A DNA stretch of 64,000 nucleotides from Octopus sinensis. Lineage: Eukaryota. Each line of letters begins with the position of its first letter. Position 1 is the first letter of the stretch. Both the position numbers and the translations under genes were made by a program. The stretch is from contig NW_021832279.1 of assembly GCF_006345805.1 (NCBI RefSeq), positions 48,286-112,285 on the forward strand, given 5' to 3'. Below the pieces are notes generated by a model. It was not told the origin of the DNA. It made no database searches and saw nothing but the letters and a program-made list of their open reading frames with translations. Below are positions 13,355-25,559 of the stretch, one piece after another.

Positions 13355-13938
13355 TGGCAGAATTTAGAAGAGTGCTGGCAGAATTCCTCGCCACACTCAC
13401 CTCAATGACGTCGTGAAAAGGGCACTAGAGTCGGCAGGTTTCTCTTCCACTCTAGAGCCAGTCAGTCTCTGTCGGAGTGATGGAAAGCGTCCTGACGGGA
13501 TGACTACCTTCCCTTTCAGGGAAGGCAAGTCCCTGATTTGGGATGCAACTTGTGTTGACTCGTTCTCCGCGACGGTGTTACTCAAGTCCATCACTAACCC
13601 GGGTTCTGCCAGTGCTCAGGCTGAGGAGGCTAAGAGGTCGAAGTATGGAAATATTTCGGACTCTTATGAGTTTGTCCCCCTCGCCTTCGAAACATCTGGA
13701 ATCGTCGGCAGGTCTGCGACTCGCCTTCTTGCCGACATTGCCAGGAGAATTGCCAGGAAGACCAACGACCGGAGGGAGACGAGCTGGCTCTTCCAGCGAA
13801 TCTCGGTCGCGGTTCTCCGCGGAAACTGCCACTCGATACGCAGTGCGGCGACTTTGAGCTGACCTCCAGGCTCTTTATAAACCCGTGATTAACTTATTCC
13901 CTGTTTTTGAAAATAAATTGAGGTAATTACAAAAAAAA
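13355..13938 (+). mobile_element. 5'-truncated CRE-like element (RLE end)
   Basis: SDGKRPDG, WDATC, PLAFETSG, RGN; poly-A tail; 12-bp TSD AATTAAACAAAC at 13343-13354 and 13939-13950. Confidence 0.88.
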
Positions 13939-14255
13939 AATTAAACAAACCATGTGATAGTTGATAGTGCACTAATCTTTTTAAATTTTTGACATTGTTC
14001 ACCAAAAAAATTTATTGAGAGGATTCTTAATTGATGAATACAAACACCCGTTTGTCATTTGCAATTGCCCGTTAGGGCTATATAAAGCGATATTCTAAAA
14101 GATAATCTGCTAGTTTGTACACTCACTATCTTTACTTAATTCTTCGAGTCGAATTCTTACTTAATGGAAGCGATTAACCAAATCCTCATAAATAAAGCTA
14201 AAAAATACTAAATGATCAAGGAGAGAACACATAGCAATCATTAGAATGTCAAGTA

Positions 14256-15662
14256 CAGTAAAACCTCTGGTGCTCGCCATTTTCGGGACCGAAGAAAAAA
14301 TGGCGAGCAATAGAATTTGGCGAGCAATGGAAATAATCAATAATTTGTGTGACTTTGAAATTTTGAAAACATCTTGGTTTTCGATACTTTCCGATCATAA
14401 GTGAGCCTTCCAAGTCTTTTAAGGTTAATTTTTATGAGCTTCGAGTGTATTTTCTCCATTTTCAATTTTTTCTAACATAAACTCAAATTTAAGTTTATTA
14501 AAATGTCCTTTGAAGGATCTAATGATTCCTTGATCCATTGTTTGTAAAATTGTTGTAGTCTTCGAAAGTAGGTAAAGAACTTCAATTGACTCTAAATCAG
14601 CGTAAAGTTTATGGGATGGGCATCGATCCACAACTAAAAGAATTTTTTGTTTTTTTAGATGCCTATCCCATGTTAAAAGCCATTCGTTAAAAATTTAACT
14701 TGTCATCCATGCTTTTGGTGAATGACAGTAATCGACAAAATTTCTGGAACTTTCCAATCATTAGTGGAATTTTTTGGTCCGTCCCAGTCATATATATTTG
14801 AACATAGCAACAAAGAAAATCTAAAAAATAAATATTAAGGTAATCTACCTTCGAACAAAAATTAAACCGTTCTTTAAGGATTTTATGTCCACTTTTTGAA
14901 GGGATAGATTTGTAAAAAATCCCAGTTTCATCAGCGTTATAAATGTTTTCAGCATTATATTGTTGAATCTTTGCAGAGATCAAAAAAGTAAATGCATCAA
15001 TTTCTTGTTTCTGATCAAATACAGTAGATCCTGATTTTCCATGTAAAGTCCTCAATTTTAAGTTGTTCTGTATCTTGAACTTGCTTAGTCATCCATTGCT
15101 GGCTTTAAACTCTTTAATTCCATAAATATTAACAATCTTCTTTGCTTTCAACAAAATTGAATTATCGGCCAGAAACCCCCCTCTAAGCTCAATGTATTCC
15201 ATCCAAGTTAATAGTTCGGTGTCAATAACAGAATAAGTTAAGTTAGATAATCTCTTCTTATTGGAGAAAATAGGATCAGTAGACATTATTTTCTCTTTTC
15301 AAGTCTAAAATCGTTTACAGCCCTTCGAGATATTTTTTTCTTCAAAACAGAAGAAAAAATGTAAGCTATAAGGTCCATCGTGAGACTTTTGTTCTCCTCC
15401 ATGTACGCAATAATGCGACGTTTTTCATTAAAAGACAATCTTGTGCACTTACGCATGTTGAATTTTTAGTATAGTTGAAATATTTTATATAAAAATAGTT
15501 TAACCAAAAAAATATTTTTAAAAATTAATGGCGAGATTTAGAAAATGGCGAGCAATAGAATATTTATCAAAATTTACTAGAAATGTTTAATTTTTCGGAA
15601 AATATGTGGCGAGCAATAGAGGTGGCGAGTAACAGAGGTGGCGAGCACCAGAGGTTTTACTG
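14256..15662 (-). mobile_element. pogo/Tigger-like Tc1-mariner transposon with degenerate transposase
   Basis: 24-bp TIR CAGTAAAACCTCTGGTGCTCGCCA; TA TSD at both ends; NADETG, QTMDQGIIRSFK and FKASNG motifs; subterminal TGGCGAGCA repeats. Confidence 0.9.
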
Positions 15663-15849
15663 TAATTATATTCCTGTTCATAAGCAGCTCGAGAGCACCC
15701 ATAACCTCGTCACTACGCAAAAGAGAGTACATATCACTAATCTACGCATAAAACACACCATTAACCACCACTAACAAATCAGAATAAGCTGTGGGTAATT
15801 TCCCGCGTTTTAAATGATTTTGTAAATGATTTGAGTCTTCCGAGCCTCA

Positions 15850-17525
15850 TGTAGCTTTCTATCCTTATGTTCAACGATATACCTATTTCTTCATCTACCG
15901 GGGTTCAGCAGGGTGACCCCCTGGGCCCTCTTCTTTTCGCCTTGGGCGTTAATAATATTGCCCACTCTGTCCGTTCCCCAATTAACATTTGGTACCTTGA
16001 TGATGCGACCATTTGTGGCCCTCCCGATGTTGTTTTCGACGACCTCCGTTTCATTATTCCTTCCCTCTCGGCCATTGGCCTTTCTATAAACAACAACAAA
16101 TCCGAAGTGGTGAACATCAATCTTAACCCAAATTCATTCACTGTTGCAACTTCCACGTGCCAAAATATCCTTTCTGACGTCCAAGTCACCCACAAGTCCA
16201 ATTTGATGATTCTCGGTGCTCCCATGGGTTCTTCTGCCCTTGAAGACACGTTGTCTTGCAAAATCTCTAATCTTTCCAAAATGATCGAGAAGCTCAAAGA
16301 CATCGAGCCTCATGTAGTTTTCTTCCTACTGCGGAATTACTTTTCCATGCCTAAGGTCCTTTACACATTAAGGTGTGCTCCCTGTTTCAAAAGAGACGAC
16401 CTTCTGTCAAATCTGGATAATATCCTCAGGCTCGGTACGAGCTCGTTATGTAATCTGGCCTTTGACGATCCGGGTTGGTCTCAGGCATCTCTACCGGTGC
16501 GTTGGGGCGGCCTGGGCATGAGATCTTATTCCGATCTTGCCCTCCCAGCCTTCCTTTCCGCACGCTCTGCTTCACGTATTCTCTCAGACATCGTTCTCAG
16601 AAACCTTCCCGAACGCAAATTGTCTGAAGATTACTCTGCTGCCTGTGGTCGGTGAGAAGCTCGGTTTGGCCCGTGTATAGCTGATTCCACATCTATCCAG
16701 CGCCAATGGGATGAAATCTCCTGTCAGAAAATATACGAAGACCTGATCGCCGTCTCTAATCAACACCGCCTCGCTTGCCTACGCGCAGGTCGCTGTCAAG
16801 GCAGCGGTGCTTGGCTGAAGGCCCCCCCCTCTTCCGAGCATCGGGACACTACTCGACGGCGATTGCCTCAGAGTAGCTATCTCCCTCCGCCTCGGTTTGA
16901 AGATCTGCGAAATTCACAAGTGCCGCTGTGGGGCCATGATCGACCAGTACGGACTACACCCTCTTTCCTGCAGACGCAGTGCTGGGCGTGCCCCACGCCA
17001 CGCTGCCCTAAATGACGTTGTTCTGAGGGGGCTCAAAGCTGCCGGAATCCCATCAATTCTCGAACCAGTTGGGCTTGTTAGGGGAGACGGAAAAAGGCCT
17101 GACGGTCTATCCACCTTCCCATTCGAGTTCGGAAAATCGCTGATATGGGATGCAACTTGCTCAGATACTTTTTCCGAACTAAATCTTCCTCCTTCAGCTG
17201 TCGCAGCTGGCTCTGCTTCTCGCAGAGCAGAAGAATTAAAGATTTCAAAGTACACCAATCTCTCGGAACGCTATCTGTTTACCCCGATCGCCGTGAAGAC
17301 CTCTGGCGTAATCGGTGACAGGTCACTCATTTTCCTCAAAAAGCTGGGTCGTCTGATTTCTCGCAAGAGAAACGACACGCGTGAGTGTGGATGGCTCCTT
17401 CAGAGGATTTCCCTTGCCATTGTACGTGGAAACTGTTTCTCCATCTACGAGGCGGGGAAGTCCTTTTGTTAACTCTCTTTTCTCTCTGTTTTCTTTTAAG
17501 AAATAAAAATATTCAATAAAAAAAG
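15850..17525 (+). mobile_element. CRE-like non-LTR element (RT to RLE), 5'-truncated, with stop and frameshifts
   Basis: GVQQGDPLGP, WYLDD, LPVRWGGLG, CRCG, GDGKRPDG and RGN motifs; A-rich 3' end; TSD not found. Confidence 0.87.
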
Positions 17526-17559
17526 TTTTTCCAAGTAAGAAATAGAATCTTTGAGTTAT

Positions 17560-18595
17560 TATTCTTACTTATACTCGGTCTAAAGCATGATGCAAGTTGT
17601 TGAAATGGTTTATAGATATGAGTCACGGGAACGCAGAATATATCACAAAATCAGCGGGAGAATAGTAGAAATATGTAGAATGTTATAGAATATGTCTCAA
17701 AAAGACAATTTTCGTAATTCTAGAATTCCTTAGTTGGTGCAAGGCGTTTACTCATCCCCCGATGATGACTATGAGTTTTTTGAAATTACGGAGGGTATTG
17801 GTCATTACAAATAGATAGGAGGAATCATTTCTTATTTATGTGTAACTTTTTCAATTCAACTATAATAAAGAGATACTGTATGAGCATGATCCATTGATCT
17901 TGGCTTATATTATTATAGCACTTCCAGTAAGAACATAAACAGAATAAGTCATATTCCCACACAACCTTCTTAACGATTTTTTTCTACTTTCCGCAGTTTT
18001 GGGCCTGCGTGGAGAGTTCGTTCAGGTCATCGCAGTTTTTTGGGTTTTCTCCGCGCAAATTAGATCATGTTGCAGAACGACCGACAGTATTGTTCGCGTT
18101 GTCCAGGAAAATTTGGTCTATCTGACATAAAGTAGGCAGGTGCAGTTGGGTCCATTCTTAGGATGTGCCAGAATCTCCAGAAAAAATATTTTATTAAATG
18201 GTCAAACTACTAAGTAAAGTCAACAAACTAATAAATTCTCCCAGCGAGACGGAGGGAAACTGTTGCACGCATGACAGCCAGCAGGATCCTCTAATGAGGA
18301 AAGTAAATTCCTAGGGTCATTGGACCGCGAAGAACAAAGATGTCCAATTTCTTTAGGGAAGTGAGGGTCGGGCCAAAGACCCGGAAGTCTCGACAACGAT
18401 TAAACCAAAGTCATCCATCAAGACTGATATTTCCGGCACTTCGAAAGCTCAGCCTTATTAGCACGAGACCCGAATTCTTAAGAAGTGCATATTTCTACCA
18501 TCCGAATTAAAAAATATTGCTGCCATTATCCTAGGAAAATATGTTCAAAGTAATGTATATTAACAAATGCAATTAAATAAATTTATTATCCAATG
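17560..18595. other. Coding-like sequence, probably an unresolved micro-intron gene or pseudogene
   Basis: GC-richer blocks with short GT-AG segments on both strands; no consistent frame or known motif found. Confidence 0.2.
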
Positions 18596-18602
18596 TCTAA
18601 CC

Positions 18603-19126
18603 CAGTGATTCTCAAGTGCTGCCCCTAGGATTTATTTTTTATTTGTTGTTGTGATGTCGAATTCCAAACGTTTTCGAAAAATTTCCGAGGAAAATAGGAT
18701 TTTTCAACACATCTGGGATGAAAAATATTTCATTATTGAGGTCAATAGAAAGGCTCTTTGCCAAATATGCAATTCTATTATTGTAACTTTGAAAACGTAT
18801 ACAATCGAACGGCACTACCTTTCCCACTCTATTCTTTATGACAAATTCACTGGTGTTTCTCTGAAGAAAAAACTAAAACAAATGAAAGAAGATTATTTAA
18901 AACGATCATCCACTTTAAAAAGTGGCACATATTCATCTAATATTAACCTGGGATTATACAAAATTAGTTATCTATTGGCTAAAAATATGGAGCCTAATTC
19001 CGATGACGAATTATATAAAACGGCAATCGAAATATTTGCATCGGAATGTTTGTTAAAAATTATTTGCGGCCCCTGTAATTTTTTTAAAATTTGGGGCCCC
19101 TGAGTAAAGAAGCTTGAGAATCACTG
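18603..19126 (+). mobile_element. Internally deleted hAT (Charlie/SPIN-like) element
   Basis: 14-bp TIR CAGTGATTCTCAAG; perfect 8-bp TSD GTCTAACC; N-terminal transposase fragment (FQHIWDEKYF..CQIC..IERHY). Confidence 0.88.
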
Positions 19127-19935
19127 GTCTAACCAATGAGTTATTCACAATAAAATATGATTCTTAATTACAATTTTTTTACTTTTCCTACTTTTGTTTA
19201 CTCAGTCATTCAAAATAAATGAAACTTTACACAAGAATTTTTGAAATTGGTTATTTTAAATTAGGTTTTTGAAAAACTGTAAATTCAATTGAGTTCATAT
19301 TGCGGGACATGAAAGAAAAGTTACCATTCAAAGAGGCGTTACATTTCCCAATTGAGAAATATTCTAGAATTTAACTAACTTGGAGGAATTGTAATCAACT
19401 TGTTATTAATGCCAGTTACTGTAATGGAGACTCGTTAAAGAAAACACGTCTAGGCAGTATAGAATATTTATAAAAATCTTTATCTAACATTAAAGTTTTT
19501 TTCTGCAATTCCTTCATTAACAGTTTAAAGACATATCACTTAGATTCTAAGTGATTCATTTCGTACTTCAACTAGTAAAATTAAACATAATTTTGATATT
19601 TTAAGTAATAAATATTTGTTAAAAAAAGTGCTTTCAGATAATTATTTCTCAGTTTTATAAAAATGCTTTACCGTCTTAAAAAACAAATTTTTTCGATAGT
19701 TTTTTGAACCGAGGTCGTTGAATTTTTCGGTATTGATGAATTTTTCGAGTTGTTCTCTAGTCAATTCTCTATCAAACGTGTAAATAAAAAATGATTAAAA
19801 ATAAGATAATGCTATATGCCGATCACAAAGAATCCTAATAAATGCCACACAAGTCAATTCGATCCAGTTTGGTGTTCAACATTAATAGAATAGGCTGCTA
19901 TCAAATGGAGATCCTTATATGAACAAATAAAGAAC

Positions 19936-20448
19936 TTATTCATCGTTATTAATGAGCATGTCAGGAATGCCGTCCTGAATAGGGAAAGCACGACCAGTTT
20001 CAGGGCAGATCAGTTTTCCATCGAGAACATCCACCTAAATATAAACCAAATAACCCACTGCCTGCATCACAAGGAAAAATAAATTCTGCATCAATTGAGT
20101 TTCGATAGGAGAAGGGAGCTGAGGCAAGTAAGGCAAAACGTCCTCAATACACTTCGCGAGTGAGTCATGTCCGTCTACCTGACATACCCCTTGACAAATG
20201 GAATCGTGTAACTAATCATTGAATGTACAATTTAGTACAAGGGATATTGCACTCTGAAAACCATCCCAACGAATTCGCTCAATCATTCTGAGCATAAAGT
20301 CATGGTCGTAGGAAGATTCGAGGATAGAAACCTTTGAGGCCTAAATTATTAAAATGTTTAATTTGTTTACATTTATTAGTAAGGGGTACCCATTCACGAC
20401 ATTCTTTAACATTTTGGAGGACAGCATATTATGAGTCAATAATCGCAT
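19936..20448 (-). CDS. TRMT112: TRM112 methyltransferase activator; introns 20341-20370, 20212-20238 and ~20035-20058/61
   Basis: [16 protein letters not shown] at the N-terminus; [20 protein letters not shown] at the C-terminus; splicing restores the frame. Confidence 0.9.
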
Positions 20449-20690
20449 TACACACGTGGATAATAACGAGAGACTATTAAATTATTATTAAAAAAATAAT
20501 TTATACTATTAAATTATAATTAAATTTTTCATATGTATCTGCAAAGATAAATATATTAAAACATTTTAAAATCTTTTATTACTGATTTTATTCAGTTTTT
20601 CTCAGACGAATCATGTAATCACAAGTTCTTTTTAATAAAAATAATTAAAATTTGTTTTTTAAATAAATAAACTGGCATTCGTGACCCTTT

Positions 20691-21575
20691 ATGTTGCAAG
20701 ATTTGGTGGCTCCAATTTCCAACATAAATTTTGACATTGAAACGGCAATAAAAGAGCAATGGGGTTCTCTACCACTCCCTTTCACTGGAATGGACAGTTA
20801 GCCAATAAATACAACATATTAGAGTCTGGTGCCCCGGTCTGCTATTTCTTTTTACAGGGCAAATGCAAAAAGGGGGAGACGTGTCGTTATAAACACATTG
20901 TGTGCAATAAAAGTACAGTCTGCAAGCATTGGCTTCGCGGTCTGTGCAAAAAAGGGGACGGATGCGAGTTTCTTCACGAATACGACACAAGTCGAATGCC
21001 TGAATGTTACTTCTTCACTAAATTTGGTTAAAAACCACCTTCAATGATTCCAGGCTCCTGTAATAATAAAGATTGTGAGTTTCTACACGTCGATCCCGAC
21101 AAAAAACTGAAAAACTGTGCCTGGTATGACCGAGGGTTCTGTCGGCACGGGCCATATTGCAAAAATCGTCATCTCAGAAGGACAATGTGCCCGTTCTATG
21201 GCGCTGGATTCTGCCCAGACGGTCCCGGGTGTAGAATGGCACAGTCAGTTTACGTGTTGCATGACTAGTCCGAGAATTGAACTTCCCACTTCGACCACAA
21301 CCAACGAAGTCGTCAAAAAGTCGCCGATTGTGTGCACTCACTGCGGACAGCCCGGCCATCGCATTTACAATTGTTTCCAACTTACTGCTGAAAGACGGGA
21401 AATTGAGTTGCACGTATTCTGGGTGATCTATTTTTAGAATAGTGGAGAATTCGCTAGACGTCCTCTCAGTGAAGTGACATGCTACAAGGTGTTGTTTTGC
21501 TGGACATTCTTGTAGTGCGGCCAACTAGGCCACTATGCAAACAAGTGTCCACTCTCATTTAGCAATCGTCCATAA
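20691..21575 (+). CDS. CPSF4: Cleavage and polyadenylation specificity factor 4; five introns of 26, 27, 25, 24 and 27 nt
   Basis: LPFTGMDKSGAPVC, VCKHWLRGLCKKGD, WYDRGFCRHGP; five CCCH fingers and two CCHC knuckles after splicing 20797-20822, 21027-21053, 21244-21268, 21414-21437 and 21489-21515. Confidence 0.95.
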
Positions 21576-22045
21576 ACTCAGTCTGTGACTGTTCTGTCAT
21601 ATTTGAGTTTATTAGTGCTGTAATTTATGTTGTGTGTGGCTTTTGATTTGTTTCTATGTGGGGGCTGTAGGATGTGATTTTCACTTTAAAACGGGACTTT
21701 AGAGTCTGAGAGATGGTTAGGATTCTAAATTTACGTTTTTTTTATTCCTGATGTTGATTTTTAGATGTAGTTGACTGTAATGCTGATTCATTTTTTGAAG
21801 GATAGTTTTCTCTTTTGAGCTTGTAGTTAAAATTCCAAAATTCCTTTTTTCTTTTGAACTGTTTCTATGTCATTGTTGTTTAATATTTCCCTGCTATTAA
21901 GCACACAGGTAGGGCTTTGTCATTGGCAATATATGAAATGACTGCTCTCTATTAAAGTTCTGTGGCCATCTTAAAAATCAATTTGATTTTTATTATTTGT
22001 ATTTTGATTAGTAATTTTACTGTATTTAAAAACATTATAATTATA

Positions 22046-22646
22046 ATGGATCAGGTGAAAGCTTTTGTTGGTATTCAAAAACCAGTCGAAGAGCAGAGCG
22101 CATTTGAGAGAGTATGAACAATAAAAATTCTGTAGGTTACTGGGATTGCTACCCTTAGCTGGAGTACTAGGATAAAAGGATTCATTATTTGTTTCGTGAT
22201 CGGTTGCGTTATATCACTTCTTGTATTCGTTAATTTCATTTCAGAGCTGTTTTCTTCTGCTCACAGACGGGGATTTAACCACTTTTGCAGTTCTATATTC
22301 CATCGGAAATTTGGTGTCTTTGTTTAGCACAATGTTTTTGTCTGGCCCCATCAAACAACTCAAAAATATGTTTGCCTACAAGAGAATCTACGCAACTCTC
22401 ATTTTTTTGGTTTCCACTTCATTTGTTAGTCTTAGCTCACAATGGGTCTGACTATCGGCATGGCTGTGGTGGTGATAGTTATTTATTTCTAGACTGGCGA
22501 AACTGGACTTGCCATACTTTTCTGCATTCTGCAATACTTTGCTCTCATTTGGTACACGCTCTCCTACATTCCATTTGCCAGGTTTTCCAATCTATGTTCT
22601 ACTGCCCAGAGATGCCGTTCTCAACATTTTCAAATCCTGCTTTTGA
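22046..22646 (+). CDS. SFT2-domain vesicle transport protein; five micro-introns (about 22-28 nt)
   Basis: LSWSTRIKGF, FAVLYSIGN, MFLSGPIKQLKNMF and WYTLSYIPFARDAV after splicing. Confidence 0.88.
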
Positions 22647-22940
22647 GTTTATTTTCTGTTCTGGACAGTTGCTCTAATTTTTGTTAAAGAGATTATTTTT
22701 TTTGTTTCTACAAGATAGTTTTAAAATATTGAATAAATTTCATTCACCAAAATGATACTGATAAATGTTATCACTGCAATATATTTAATGTACTTGCCAC
22801 ACCTGGAATACCATACTAATAATACTATTTATGTGAGGCGATTATTTACACAAGTTCAAAGTTTTCTAAAAATCGATGTTTTTGTTATTTAAATGCTAAT
22901 CAATCGTTTTAATATTATTATTAAATACCACGGTCTAAAC

Positions 22941-23486
22941 GAGTGTTTCTTAATGTGGTTTCCAGAAATATTTTTAGGTCAATTTATTTTTATGATTAAA
23001 AACTGCGACTTTATAATACACCTTTTATTTTGGAAACCAATAAATTAATTTACGATGGGCAAGAAATTGAATTCCAAGAACAGTTGGTTGAATTTAGAAA
23101 TTCGCAGTTTATAAGTTAACTTTGAATTGCATTCGATTTTTGAATTCCAGATTTCTTTAATATATCCAACCTTAAGTAAAAATGCATTTGTAGTGATAAT
23201 TTCCTTCCCAACCATTTATTTGTGTAAAATAGCATGTCTTGTTATTCTGAACAGTAAAGTTCACAACCGACTTGTAGTGAAAGACAATATAAGAATGACA
23301 CTTAACAACATTGTACCAAAAATTGACCAGGTAGTTTCAGAAAAGCAAAATCACCAATCATATTAACTCTAAATATTGCGGTTTTTTAATCATGTTACTT
23401 TTGTTATTAATTTTTTTGTTACATGTGGTCCTAAAAAAATTCAACAAACTAAAGTGGTCCCAGTAAAAAAAGTTTACAAAACACAG
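22941..23486 (+). mobile_element. Decayed hAT (Buster/ZBED5-like) remnant
   Basis: C-terminal transposase FPTIYLC..NRL..DNIR..LNNIVPKID; near-TSD GTCTAAAC/GTCTAAAA; degenerate TIRs. Confidence 0.6.
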
Positions 23487-24396
23487 GTCTAAAAATGTGC
23501 GTTCAATACTCGAAATACGGATTAGATATTTTTAAGATAAAATTTCATTAAGAAAAAATCCCAAGATAATAAATTAATTACTATTTTTGTTTTATTTTCA
23601 GTCTATAAAATAACTCATAATTTTAGGCTTTATAAGCAACCAGCAAAAAGTTTAATGTCATCAAAAAAACATGAGATGGTTGTTTTTGAACACCCTGGTT
23701 TAGCAATATTTGTCCAAATTAAGTAGTGAGAGACGCACAGCGATTCTTTTTTTTAATGCACGTTCGCGTTATCAGTAAACAATGTTTATGGCTTCTCTTG
23801 TGCCATGTTCCGATAGTGTCGGTACTACGACGATAATAACATTAGGTAGTATTTCCCGTAAACGTCATTGTGTCATCACACGACTTTTTTCTTTTGAAGA
23901 CAACACACATCTATCCTATAACGATCTAAAAAATGTCAATATTGTTTATTGCATTTTCAAAATGGAAATTAATTCGATATTAAGATAGGCCATCAAGCTA
24001 TGTATATCCAAGACAAAAACTTTTATTAGTTCCCAATTGTAGCAAAACATTTGAGTATATACCAACTTCATATGCATCGACGGAATATTCCTTCAAGAAA
24101 CCAATTAAATTACAGTCCTGAAAATAAAATAAAGTCTGACCTTTGCAATATACTGAGCTGCGCTTAAAAATTGTTCAGAATGTCAATAATTTCAAAGTTC
24201 ACCCATGGAGGGAGGACGTAAAAGTCTTCGATCGATGTTTATGTTTTTGAAATTTGAGCAAATTCCGGATAACCAGACAACAATATATAAAAATATTTTT
24301 TGGAAAATTCTTTCCAACATTGCGTTTTATTCGCGCTTAAAAAGAAGGGCCCATATGCTGTCAATGACAGTCATATCTTTTTGTATTTTTTACTTA

Positions 24397-25559
24397 TCTT
24401 AATAATAAAATGGTATGGTGTGTGTCTGTCTGTCTGTGTGTGCACACCAAATTCAAATTGGCAATACGAAGTCCTCGACTTACATGATGAGGTCCTTAAA
24501 ACCTTCCCCCCAAAAAAAATTAAAAAAAATTTTTCTGCATTTTGGTCAAAATGAACAACTACGATGTCCTTGACTTACATGATGAGGTCCTTAAAACCTT
24601 CCCCCCAAAAAAAATTAAAAAAAAATTTTCTGCATTTTGGTTAAAATGAACAACTACGATGTCCTCGACTTACATGATGAGGTCCTTAAAACCTTCCCCC
24701 CAAAAAAAATTAAAAAAAATTTTCTGCATTTTGGTTAAAATGAACAACTACGATGTCCTCGACTTACATGATGAGGTCCTTAAAACCTTCCCCCCAAAAA
24801 AAATAAAAAAAAAAATTTTCTGCATTTTGGTTAAAATGAACAACTACGATGTCCTCGACTTACATGATGAGGTCCTTAAAACCTTCCCCCCAAAAAAATT
24901 AAAAAAAATTTTCTGCATTTTGGTTAAAATGAACAACTACGATGTCCTCGACTTACATGATGAGGTCCTTAAAACCTTCCCCCCAAAAAAATTAAAAAAA
25001 AATTTTCTGCATTTTGGTTAAAATGAACAACTACGATGTCCTCGACTTACATGATGAGGTCCTTAAAACCTTCCCTCCAAAAAAAAATTAAAAAAAAATT
25101 TTCTGCATTTTGGTTAAAATGAACAACTACGATGTCCTCGACTTGCATGATGAGGTCCTTAAAACCTTCCCCCCCAAAAAAAATTAAAAAAATATTTTCT
25201 GCATTTTGGTTAAAATGAACAACTACGATGTCCTCGACTTACATGATGAGGTCCTTAAAACCTCCCGCCAAAAAATCAAAAAATTATTTTCTGCATTTTG
25301 ATTAAAATGAACAACGCGAATGTCCTCGACATTCATGATGAGGTCCATTAAAACCTTCCAGGCAAAAATCTCACGTATTAAGAATATCCTGATGAAAACG
25401 ACAGCGAAAATATTAACAATGATGAACTCCCAATTATTCGCGATAAAGAAATTCAATTCATCCTATGTTTTTCTCTTTAAAATTAAATGCATATATCATT
25501 ATCGACCATGAATCAAAATTAAAGCTATTATCATATTTGACTTTGACAGAATGTGCAAT
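24397..25559 (-). mobile_element. Helitron/Helentron-like terminal segment (microsatellite, minisatellite and unique part)
   Basis: Starts TCTTAATAATAAAA then (GTCT)n; reverse-complement match to 31213-33804, which lies downstream of a PIF1 helicase. Confidence 0.65.
24463..25350. repeat. ~95-bp tandem minisatellite, about 10 copies
   Basis: CATGATGAGG recurs at 24483, 24578, 24673, 24767, 24863, 24956, 25050, 25146, 25242 and 25334. Confidence 0.97.

Noticed and set aside
13100-15840. A host gene on the minus strand threaded through the CRE and pogo insertions (also coding-like tracts at 19140-19900 and 23700-24390)
   Set aside because: Only short plausible peptides; I could not build a consistent frame or recognise a product.
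21330-21560. Two CCHC knuckles in CPSF4 as a novelty
   Set aside because: Two knuckles are already known in some animal orthologues (e.g. Drosophila Clipper).
354-22646. Non-standard genetic code to explain in-frame stops
   Set aside because: Micro-intron removal gives clean standard-code proteins for RPIA, CPSF4, TRMT112 and SFT2.
24659-25021. Repetitive 120-aa ORF, and similar ORFs at 32704-32937 and 33578-33781
   Set aside because: These are translations of the minisatellite; frames depend on homopolymer lengths.
24463-25350. snoRNA cluster suggested by a box C-like ATGATGA in every 95-bp unit
   Set aside because: No box D (CTGA) or terminal stem; units are near-identical and embedded in a Helitron-like end.
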